The notes below the pieces were generated by a model. It saw only the letters and a list, made by a program, of their open reading frames with translations, was not told the DNA's origin and made no database searches. Source: Schmidtea polychroa (taxonomy: Eukaryota). From it: DNA of 64,000 bases. Shown here in pieces: positions 29,083 to 39,947 of the stretch. Location: contig CM097885.1 of the NCBI GenBank assembly GCA_044892525.1, forward strand, positions 23,622,001-23,686,000. Direction: 5' to 3'. The stretch's first letter is position 1, and each line of letters starts with the position of its first letter. Both the position numbers and the translations under genes were made by a program.

Positions 29083-30395
29083 GATAAAATCACATCGTCA
29101 ATATCGATGCCGATTTCACGAATGAAAATGTCATCATCTTATTCCTCATCAAAATCGGGGCTCAAGCCACCAAAAAGCGGGCCAATCTCTTCGAATATCT
29201 GCCCGACATTATCCGGATCCGAGTCGTCGTCAAAGTCAGGATTCAAGCCTACTTCAGAAAATATCTGACCGTCATCAGTTTCGTCAGATCCTAAATAATG
29301 CCCATATGCCAGACTATAATTAGACCCCACTCATAGTCTCTTGTTATCGTTGTTCGACAAGGCTATTTTACTGTTCTTAAAAGTAAAGAGCTTGTGGTTA
29401 CGCGTCCCTATTCTAGTTTGTGGCACCGTATATACTACGCTGTTGTTGTAGCAGTCTAAATACGACTGGTGCCCTATCTCAGTATTACCAAGTTGAACTC
29501 CCTTAGCCCTAAGTGTTGCCTTATCTCCTAACAAACTATAACACTTAGGGCGCAAGAAAACCCACTCCTTATAACCAAGCCCTTTACTTTCGTCCTTAAA
29601 TTTCCCTATCACAGAATTCAAACTCTTTGAATACAAAGGTTGAGCAGGATCATAATTGCTAGTATCTAGAAGATTATCACGAATCATTGCCGGCAAAAGA
29701 GTGTCAAGCTTACAGTGCTTTATCTCTAAGAAAAAGGAGTCGGTGTCGCCGGCAACGATATTTATATCACAGTTAAACTCTAAACGATATTTTGCCAATT
29801 CTATATACTGTACATTCTCAGTTTAGACAGGTCTAGCACAAATTGGCCAATGTAGCTAGGCCTGTCTAAACATATAGAATCCTTATTTAGATGTGCAGCA
29901 ATCAAGTCATCATCAATTTTGATTTATTTCTTGAAAGTCGGCTTTGAAGCATATACAATCATCTTTTCAGCTGAATTGCATAGCCTCAAATTCATCCGTT
30001 TTTTTAAGGTTTTCCACGGATTTCCCATACAGACTATTATTAAATAGTTTATATAAATCTCTGTGCAGCTCGCATGTAGAATTTGAGCGTAAATTAGTAT
30101 TGGTCATTATATAATCTTTAAAAATGGGTGCATGCTTAAATTTAATTGCCCTATGTACATTTTTAATAATAGCCTCTAATTCTATATACAACTTGAGAAG
30201 TCGCCAATGAAGAACATGGTTCTTCTTCGGCCAATGCGTGAGCATCAGCTTCTCAACTTTCGAATCTGGCGGGCACATCTTTTCCGGAGCAATGGAAAAT
30301 CATTCAAAAAATCATGCACACACTGAGGGATATCGATATCCACTTCCATAGTATACCCATATGGAAGATTTTCAATATCCTCATTCATACATTCA
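29083..30395 (-). pseudogene. Protein-primed family B DNA polymerase, 5'-truncated and frameshifted
   Basis: YKLFNNSLYGKSVEN (motif B), AGDTDSFFLE (motif C), EWVFLRPKCYS, LRAKGV, KIALSNNDNKR..SLAYGHY. Confidence 0.92.
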
Positions 30396-30488
30396 TTCAA
30401 AAAAATATATTTGAATATATTTTTCAAAATAATATTAATAATAATAATAATATTAATAATCAAAACAACAAAGGAAAGGATACATTTA

Positions 30489-30800
30489 TTAAACATCAAA
30501 TTTTTTATACAATAACCAAGCTAAACAATGTTGACCACATGTTTGGTTCAATGGATTTTGAAACAGTTTTATTATACACAATAGGCTTTCCCATTGTTTG
30601 TAGTTTTGATATCAACAAAGCAGGGTAATAAAAACCCATAGGATCGAACACGAATATATTACCAGGTTTCATATATATATAGCTATCAATGTCCAACACC
30701 AAGATTAGACGATTGAGTATTGACGATTATTGCTTGATTATTGCTCAAATATGGAATTTTATCAAAAGGAAAAACTCCAACAAATTCATTTCCCAATATC
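30489..30800 (-). pseudogene. Adenain-like (C5) cysteine protease
   Basis: FVGVFPFDKIP..IVNTQSSNLGVGH (catalytic His region), IFVFDPMG (Asp), and after a frameshift QNPLNQTCGQHCL (Gln/Cys). Confidence 0.85.
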
Positions 30801-30900
30801 TGTTTTCCGATTTTATTGACCTGATCAGAACTACTTTAATAAATCCTGAGTATAAAAAAACAACTTACTCCATGACAACTTTTTGTGTTTCTGTATACAT

Positions 30901-31890
30901 TTATACCAACACGGTTCTATTTGAATTAATTTGAACTTCATTTTCAAATACTCCATATATTATAAAATGTACCGGTTCAGTAATGGCTTTTGCAAACTTT
31001 ATATCCAGTCGTAAATTTCCATTTTGGGGTAATTGACTCTGATTTCAATCAAAATCGGGGGCTAAAACAAATGTAAAAAATGGGTATTTGCTTTTAAAGT
31101 CTTCAAGAGTTATTCCGCAATTCAAATTTTTATCTAAATAACCCAGATTTCTAACAATACTCTGCATATATGTCGCACAGTAATTGTCATTCTCGAAATC
31201 TTGAATATATGTTTCTCTATAATCAGTATTTTTCGATAAAGTCAATGATGTAACACCAAAGTTTTTGAAAATTGAGCTGGAAGCAGTATATGATCCATTA
31301 TATTGTGTTTCACTTTGAAATTTTATCAGAATAAAATTAAGCATTCTTCTATCACCAAATATTTGTTCTTTATAGAATGATGAAGCACCATTAGCAATAG
31401 CAAATTGTACAATTTCCTTTGTTTTTAATGGATAAATTGCATGTTTTGAATTAAGACCCAATTGATGACCCGCTAATACTGAGGGGTCCACTCGAACTCT
31501 TCTCACCAATAATTTTGCATCAACTAATTGACATATTGGTGCACTAGTAAGAGATAATGCAGAATCAGACCTTTTCAGTCTAATATGTACATTAACTCCC
31601 GGTAGTAAATATTTCGGTTGATCCATAAAATCAAGTTGTAATGATGAGCACATGGTGAAAACCTTTGAGCCTTTTACCCACTTTTTTCTTTCATCATTAC
31701 TACCATCACCCATAGGAGTAAGAAATGTATTTTTAGTATCGGAATTGTAATTTACAATAGTTTATATTAATGCCTTGTGAATGAATGTATTATTTCCGCC
31801 CTCAATTTTGATATTATTAAATAAATTTTATAAATAAATTAAAAATAATAATCCAAGTGCTTATTAAAAAATCGAAATACCAACGTTTTA
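30901..31890 (-). pseudogene. Polinton double-jelly-roll major capsid protein, 5'-truncated, internal stop at 31045
   Basis: LQLDFMDQPKYLLPGVNVHIRLKRS, DAKLLVRRVRVDPSVL, and past the stop NGNLRLDIKFAKA..YGVFENEVQINSNR, typical of Polinton MCP. Confidence 0.85.
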
Positions 31891-32026
31891 ACAGAGTCTA
31901 TGTTATTCTGTTAGATTAGTCTGACATGCAAGGTATTTTAATTATTTTTTTGGTCCCCAGATATATCCGGTATTCACGGTATTGATTATTTACTCAACTC
32001 AAATAAAATCTTTAAAATCAAACAAT

Positions 32027-32085
32027 TGGTGGGTTACAGGTATTTTCAAGGTTTCTACCTACTCCTGCTGTTTCCAGCGCAACCC
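32027..32085 (-). ncRNA. tRNA-like three-way junction with encoded 3' ACCA (copy 1)
   Basis: Minus strand: GGGTTGC-GCTG GAAA CAGC-AGGAGT-AGGTA(13 nt)TACCT-GTAACCC-ACCA. The G-U pair works only on this strand. Expression not shown. Confidence 0.6.
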
Positions 32086-32347
32086 AGGATACAATTTGTA
32101 ACGGACCACTTGATACCCGTTGAGTAATCAACGTTGGTACTGTATCAAGGGTTTGGGTACTAGCAAAAAGTGAGCATGCTTAGCATACTATAATTGTCTA
32201 GCACCCACTGGGGTTCACGGACTGCCGATAGAAGGCCTATGTCCGGTTTCTTTAGTCCCCGTCATGATAATCAACCTTATAGAAAAATCACAATGCCCAG
32301 ATATGAGTGTACCAGTAAAGATTTATTCATAACAACAAGATCGGAAC

Positions 32348-32818
32348 TCATAGGATTGTAGTCGGTTCTTTCGGTGCAGACTCTGACAAAGTAGCATGGA
32401 GGGTCAATTGGGCCTGACAGGCTTGGCGGATTCTCGCCCGCGCCGCTTTACCCGGCCGGATCTTCTTCTTCGAGATCTTTGATGCATATTCCTTCGGTTG
32501 GTGAAACAGTTCACTCATAGGTCGGATCTTGGAAATGACCTCTCGATCAAGGTCCTGTTGGTGTACCTTGACCTCCAGCTCTCTCACTCTCAGGCGGAGG
32601 GCCCGCAACTCAACTTGATCTTGGGCACTCTGGGGTTGCAATTGAGTGATGAGTTTCATCCGCTTCTTCATCTCTGCGGGCGGGAACCAGGTGCTCTCGA
32701 AATTACGGCAATGGGCCTTGATTCGTGTTAACTTGACCCGGTATTCTTCCACTTGTTGCGCCCGCTCTCTATCTGCTCGTATTTCTTCCAGGAGTTTCAA
32801 CACTAAAATAAATGACAT
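32348..32818 (-). CDS. Unknown coiled-coil/basic protein, 156 aa, ending ~260 bp before the tRNA-like terminus
   Basis: Intact ORF, visibly more GC-rich than its flanks. Heptad-like ELRALRLRVRELEVK and basic KKKIRPGKAARARIRQ. Homologous remnant at 24.1-24.45 kb. Confidence 0.6.
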   Translation of the reverse strand: MSFILVLKLLEEIRADRERAQQVEEYRVKLTRIKAHCRNFESTWFPPAEMKKRMKLITQLQPQSAQDQVELRALRLRVRELEVKVHQQDLDREVISKIRPMSELFHQPKEYASKISKKKIRPGKAARARIRQACQAQLTLHATLSESAPKEPTTIL

Positions 32819-33307
32819 TAGAAATTGTTACCTCAGCATTGAGTGACGCACGTTATTAATGCTAAATGAATGTCGTCCCTTCGTCACCGCTCCCCTCTGC
32901 GCACATCTAGACCTAGTTCTATGGATTTTACCAAAGTTTATGGGACGGGTCGTAATGGCCAACGCTACGGAAAATTATCGTCGGTGGTAAAAATGGCTCC
33001 CGTTTAAAGAAATCATTGAAGTCAAAACGATGCACACAATGGAATTAGTATTGATAATTAATACATAAATAAACAATTGAACCAAGAAAATTATCGTCAA
33101 TAATAACACTGGTTAAAGAAGATGATCAAAATAAAACGATATCAATAATGAGATTAGTATTAGTGACCAGAACAGAACTAAGCAGTTAGATCAACACGAA
33201 CTGCCAAGACATACAAGGTACTATAAAAACATTCATCATATTACATGATTCGCACTGTAAATTAGCAACAAAATCATTTCGGGCTGTACAATGTTTAATT
33301 ATGAGTC

Positions 33308-33790
33308 CTAATCTTTGCTCGTCCCAATCTCCTTGGTGAAACTGGTGCCTTTTCGTGGTCGTCCGCGTTTTCTTTGCCGATTCGGTCCACACGGGGAAGT
33401 TCTTGGGTACTCCAGCCCACGGCGAAGGGCCGCGGTGCGCCTAGGATGACACTGAGCTCGAGCGTACCCATCAACATCCTCGAGTTCGCCGGCCAGGGTT
33501 GCTGTTTCGAGCCTGTACAGTCGATCCACCGCTCTCTTCGCATCGTCGAAGGCGTCGATCAGAGCCAAGGACGTATGGTTGAGGTACGGCTCTACCTTCG
33601 GGGTCACTGGGACCACGTTCTGGTAGGTCCAATCATGGATCTTGTACCAGATCCATCTGGACCTCAGGCAGGTGAGTGCTTCCTCCCGGTCCAGTCTGGT
33701 GACCTCGTCTGCCTCCTCTTGGGTTGTTCCGAGGCTCGAGTCAGTTGATGAGGGACCGGCCTGTACATTTCTTGGTCTAGTGCTGGGCAT
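33308..33790 (-). CDS. Unknown 160-aa protein with an AT-hook-like KRGRPRK near the C-terminus
   Basis: GC-rich ORF, same strand as and upstream of 32348-32818. The true 3' frame is uncertain because overlapping ORFs exist. Confidence 0.5.
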   Translation of the reverse strand: MPSTRPRNVQAGPSSTDSSLGTTQEEADEVTRLDREEALTCLRSRWIWYKIHDWTYQNVVPVTPKVEPYLNHTSLALIDAFDDAKRAVDRLYRLETATLAGELEDVDGYARAQCHPRRTAALRRGLEYPRTSPCGPNRQRKRGRPRKGTSFTKEIGTSKD

Positions 33791-35229
33791 GTCTATAATG
33801 ATAAAATTTAATAGAAGTTTCGTTCACGCGCCCCAGTTTCGTCAACGAAGAACGCTTGGGTACGAGGTTAAATTTCGAACTCTAGCATTATTCCATCAAA
33901 CCGCTAAACGATTTTTCTGATTTAAAGTGGAACTCCCAACCCCTAGTTGGTTCGCGCATTAAATGGTTCGAATTACAGAAAGAAAATTTCTTTTAACTTA
34001 AGAATTTACAATTTACAAATTATTAAGTTTATTAAATTAACTATTTATAAGTTATAGATTACCAGGTCAAAGCTGAAGTATTTAAATTTAAAATTAATAA
34101 ATTTGGATCTCGAAAGAAAAATAGAGGGGAATAAGGTAAGAAAAAAAATAGACAGAATAAAAGTCGGATTTTTGTTTATATGTTTCACTTTAATTTTCTA
34201 CTATATTGAATATTAGTTATTTTTAAAATAATTTTGTAGTTTTCTCGCTACATTTAAATAAATTTTGCCATAATATTCTTCGTAGGAATTATGCTACGCA
34301 GACCCACTATGGGAGGGGCATTGCTATGGGTCTTAGGTTCGTATCTAGCCCCTAGCAATTCCTAACCTTAGTGGTAGTGAGTGGCTTCAGCTTCAGCATA
34401 GTTCGGGCAAGTATTTTCTTTTCTACCTTTGACATTTTTTAATTTCAGGAATTGAAATCTTGTTGGCGAATATATTTCGTCAAGGTTAACTGGATAATTT
34501 ATTTTCGTATCGTACCACTTTATGAGCTAGGTAGTAGGTAATTTTATGTGGAACTTTTAACAAAATAATCTATGGTTCGTAATATGATAATTATTAAATA
34601 CCTTTATTAATACTTTTACTTGCATTAAAGTAATCTATGGACTCGTATAGTTAAACATCATAAAACATTATTTATATATTATTTCTAGGCTATGATTTTT
34701 GACTTAGCTTAGGGAGTTTGATCCTATAAAACCCAAGAAATAAGGGGGATTCCCTGTCCTTCCTGTCGTGCATGGGTTGACTACTGGGGTAACCTGGGTT
34801 AGTTTCGCGTGGGTGTGACAGGTTTTGCCCGAAAAGCAGAGTTCCTATTGACAGAGTCGATAGTGATTGGCGCATTTAGGAGAGCGTATGCATCGCCCAT
34901 TTGGTCAGCCAGACTGAGTTCGTCGAGGGTATCCTTCGGTTTGTAGGGTTGTTGCTATTATTAGAAGTGGTTCTATTGGCTGATTCTTATCATGAGGAAA
35001 AATAAATCGATAAGGTGACTTTTGAATTTTCTATTTATAGTATCATTTTAATAAATCAATAAATTGGTTTAAATGAATTATAGAATTATTTGGTGGGCAA
35101 GGACGAGGTTTTGGGTTACGGGTTTCGTGGAGAACAAATATGGAGAGGATGCAAATACTTTATTCATGGTATCTTTGGTTCTATTAAATCAGCTAAATTA
35201 GATTAGTTATTTGAATGATAAAAAAGACT

Positions 35230-35750
35230 TCTAATCTTATAATACCGAAATAATCTTAAATCGGAATAATACAGCAAATTAGATTTATAATTTTTAATAT
35301 CTAAATGAAATCAACTGGTCACAATACAATAAAATGGGTTTATAATTTTGTGATATCTAGATAATATTAAAGGAGAATAATACCAGAAATGGATTTTTAA
35401 CTTTACAATTTTAAATGATAATAGTACAATGAAATGGATTTATCATCTTATGACACCTGAATATTATTATATGAGAATAGTACCATACGGGTTTATAACT
35501 TTATAATTTTAAATGATAATAGTACAATATGATAGATTTATCATTCTATAATATTAAACGATGATATTACGATAAAATAGGTTAATTATTGTATGATATC
35601 TAAATATTATTAAATGTGATTAACACCATGAAATGGGTCTCTAAATTTTTTAAGGTTAAATGATAATAATACGATAGAGTGGGTTTGTCGTTTTATGGTA
35701 TCTAAATAATATTAAGTGGTAATGATCCAACGAACTGGTTTTATCATCTC
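35230..35750. repeat. Degenerate tandem array of alternating ~55 and ~44 bp monomers
   Basis: Recurrent AATAGTACAATGAAATGGATTTAT-like heads with alternating tails (..ATATCTAAATA(A)TATTAA vs ..ATTTTAAATGAT). Confidence 0.7.
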
Positions 35751-38700
35751 CAGACGAAACTTGAGGTCGAGGTGATTTGCAAAAATTAAGCTAGACTTTA
35801 ATTCGAATACGAGTGAACACACAAGAAAATCCCTTTGAAATAATTTAGAGGAGCTTTTATACTTAGTCAAATTTATGTTGCCGATAACATGATTCTAAAT
35901 AGCGTGGCATAGTAATTAATATCGATATTCTTATGAAACGTCCTTCCAGTTGGGAAAACCTCAGTAACCAGGTTTTAAATGAACTAAGATGTCTGTTTAT
36001 GAAAATCGAACGAGGTAGACTCTCTTATACAAAGGTAAAATACACTGATCATTAACCTATAATTTCATGAGATGCATTTTAACTAAGGTTTATTTACGAT
36101 ATGGTTGTTAATGAATAATTAGAGGAGGCATAATTTTGGTTAGTACCGATCCATAACCAATTCTACATAGTACAGTTATCGATATAGGACTTTATTGAAT
36201 ACATTTTCGTAATTGGATTTATCACTCTGATGATCTGGGATATTAGTATTCAATAGATCATTATAAAGTAGATGATTATAAAATTGAATTCGGGTTATTG
36301 AGTACTAAATCAATTTAACTATGAATATTATCGATAGAATCTAATAATTCAGTCTTATTTATACTAAATAATAGAATGTATTTAGCCGACTACTTGAAAA
36401 TCTTTGTAATAATTTAAGTCTGGGACGTTTCCCGTTTAGATTTTCCTACTGATGTATTCCTATAGAATAGTTGAGTGTGTATTTTAGATATGTCGTTTAC
36501 CGGAAGGTCGAATTAATTAAAATTTTCCTACTTTCCCGACTCAACTGAATACGGTACGATAGGCCTTATTGTATTGTTTCCCGTAATTAATTTCCCAAAT
36601 TTTATTTCGTCCGCATAGTCCCTGCGACTATGCCAACTACCTGGATGGATTTACCGCTTTTTTGTTCGTGGCGACCTTCCGGTTAAAAAAAAATGAAATT
36701 TTGTGCATGTAGGATCGTAGACCCGATTGTGTGCGTGTGGACTATCAGTTGGAAACAAGGCTGATAAGCGTCGCGAATACCACCCGTTGACGACGCTGGT
36801 CACTCTTGTTACGTAATAGTAACATTATGATAAAAAGGACAAAAATAATATAATTTAGCATAAAATAACAATTATATAATCAATAAAAATCAATCACCCT
36901 TACTTTCAATACTTGGTGTTTCAGAAAAAATTTTTGGCATACAAAAATATCTGAATTGTGACGAAAATGCGTCGGTATATATACCTGTTTTGTACACGTG
37001 TATGTATTGATGCATTAAAACAAACTCGAATTCTTTTTATTCCAGAATTTTCTATTTTGTAATTTTGATATTTTTAATGGCAATTTTGTGCCATAATTTT
37101 TGTTTTTATTTTTAAATTTTTATTCTTTAATTATTTTTTGTTAATTTTACGTCCATGATGGATTTGGAACGGTTCCAGAACATTCCATTTTAATTTTATT
37201 TTTATTTTAACTGATATTTTACGAATTTCTTTTTAAGATTTTTTATTTTTAATACTAATTTATTTATTTTCTCTCCTTTTTATGGTTTTAGATGGCTTTT
37301 GTGATGGTCGTCGCCATTTTTATGGAATGTTCTAGGTTTTTCTGGAATTTTTTACTGTTTTTATCGTCTTTCAAGTTATTCGAGTTTGTTTTTTGTAACT
37401 CTATGTTTATTTGGTTATTTTTGAGTTCGATGTTGCATAACTTCTTGCTTTTGGTATAATTTTATTTAATTTCTGTGTTTATGCTTTTGTTGTTTTCCCC
37501 TTTGATTAATATTGTTTATTTGGTGTATTTTTAATATTTAACTACACTTTTTGCTTTTTGCATGTTGTGTACCTACGCATTTCAGCCACAATTAGAAGTT
37601 TGGGTCTAGAAATCAGTTCTAGCCCAACACAATGCATTAAATTTTAAATAATTTTCGAAATACATAATTTTTATAAAATTATAAATAGTTTGGAACGAAA
37701 ATAATCAGACAGAACATAAAATTAATTTGTAATTATACACAATTTTCTCAAATTTATGATTTGTAAACTTCATTTTTTTTATTTCGATGAATGTTTCTAT
37801 TGATAACGTTTCATCGCCTAATTGTTCTCCTTTATAATAGCGCGAAATATTTTCAGTAGGTAGATGTGAGTCTTATAGATCACTATAAGTTATCGCGCAT
37901 ATACGCCCTTCCCATAGCACCGTTGTTTCGATCTTGCGAAATATCGTGTTGTATTAATTTTTAAGTTCAGGGTTCCATTTCTGATTGTAGCCAATGCATT
38001 TTTTTGGTTTTTAGACTAGTCAGAAACACTCAAATATTTTGCACCATAAAAATATAATTATTGATTTTTAAGTGCAAAGGAAAGTACAAAGTGAAATTTT
38101 GACTATAGCCTGAGGTGTTTCTTGGATATTCCTTAAAAAGAAACCATATTTTCTCAGACATCTTATATGAAAAAGACGTGTTCTTTAACGACAAACAAAA
38201 CTTTACAAAATTTGAGGAAAAATTTTCTTTTCGAGGCTGTGTTTTTAAAAGGAACTTTTTGAGAACATTAGTTATGATATCCTTCATGAATAATTTGCGC
38301 CTTGATTCAACTAAGCATACTTTGAAATAAAGCCTTGAAAAGTTTCTTAATTCTCTCGGCTAATATGTACAAAAAATATAAAATATTAAATCGTAAAATT
38401 ATTGTTATAATAAATAGCAATCTTCTTTACATACTGTAGTGTATTGTTATTTTTACTATTATTATTTTCCATGGAATTGTAATTACGATTTGTGACGCCT
38501 TGTCACTTTTATTATTATTATGCGTATTGTATAAAATAAATTATATAATGTAATTATTACTATAGAGAATTACAAATAATTAAAAAAAACAATAAAATAA
38601 AATAAAAAATCGATTGGAAGAAAGTGAACTAAAGAAAATTAAAGTTGGAAATATTTTACTAAAAAAATACAATTCTTTTGAGAAGTTCTTTACCAAAATT

Positions 38701-39947
38701 AAACGTGAAAAGTTTAGTTCCTTCCGAATTATCGAAAACTAATTCTCTCCTACATCCGATACTGACAATAACCAATTTGGAAATCGAGAACTCAAACTTA
38801 AGTGCGTTACTTTTTGTCTTACGATAATAAAATTTGTTAGAATTTTATAATTTTTTAATTATTTTTAGTAATTGTAATTTGTAATACATAATTGTAAATA
38901 ATATACATACACGCACCCAGTAGTCCCGACACAACTTTTAAAGGAGACTCTGCTGGGCTCTGCAGCTTTCATATACATATAAGAAATTACCTTCAATTTC
39001 CAATACCTACATACAACAATAATAGTACGACAATTAACATACAAATACTTCGGAAACTCCCAATACATACTATTAAATTTTAAATAAAACTAAATTCAGC
39101 AATTAATTCAACTATACTCATAAATATATCATTACTACCTAACACATTTTTTCTACACATACTCATCAAGATTGCTTTGCAAATGCTTTCTTGTCGTGCC
39201 ATTCATTACTTTAAACCTCTTCTTGACAGCAGCCAAACAGGCTTAAATATTATTAATATACACACCAATGATCTGTAAAAAAAGACTGGTTGACAACTTC
39301 ATGAGTATATGGTCTTAACATCGCTAACGGAGGACTCTGAAGAATAGAATAGAACCAATTAATTAAAGATTCTAATCGTTTACAATGCTATAGAAGTCTA
39401 GTAAATCAATGACTATTTTAAAATGTTAAAATTATTATAATTATTATATGTAATTAGTTTAAACACAATTAAAAGTGGAGATACTATTGTACCACGATAG
39501 ATTCTATTTCCAATTATATTCATTTCAACACCAAGATAATGAAATATTTATTAAACCAAAATAATTTTAATGTAGTTCTTGAAATTTATACAACTCGTTA
39601 ATCAAAATAATTATTGTTTGTTTTCTTTTGTAATTAATACATTCTTTACTTTTATACTGACAGCTCAAAATGTTAGGTTTTTGCGTTTACTGCTCATATC
39701 CACACATAATAAATTTATGTTGCGTTCTATATTGATTCCTGTTGCCTGAAATATTTGGTTAGGTGCAATTTCTGGAGCACAATACATAATATCATCTTTT
39801 TTTCAATTTTAGAATCAACCTTAGAACAAAGTAAAATATTAAATAGGAAAAGAGAATTTTACTGATTTTCTAAATTTGAGTCATTGTAAATGAAGTGTTT
39901 GTTAAAGTTTATATAGTTTTTGAGAACCAATCAAATCTTTTATATTA

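Larger units (their letters stand above)
29083..31890 (-). mobile_element. Polinton/Maverick (adintovirus-like) remnant: capsid - protease - PolB
   Basis: Three collinear minus-strand hallmark genes (see sub-features). No TIR or integrase seen. Confidence 0.9.

Noticed and set aside
32027-32085. Calling the repeated fold a true tRNA gene
   Set aside because: No anticodon arm, no A/B box or TTCRA T-loop, and T at the position equivalent to C61.
34283-34364. HDV-like ribozyme
   Set aside because: The two crossing helices have adjacent 3' strands, leaving no room for P1.1, P4 or J4/2.
39660-39830. YCAPE kinase-like word on the minus strand
   Set aside because: A single short motif with no other kinase subdomains nearby.
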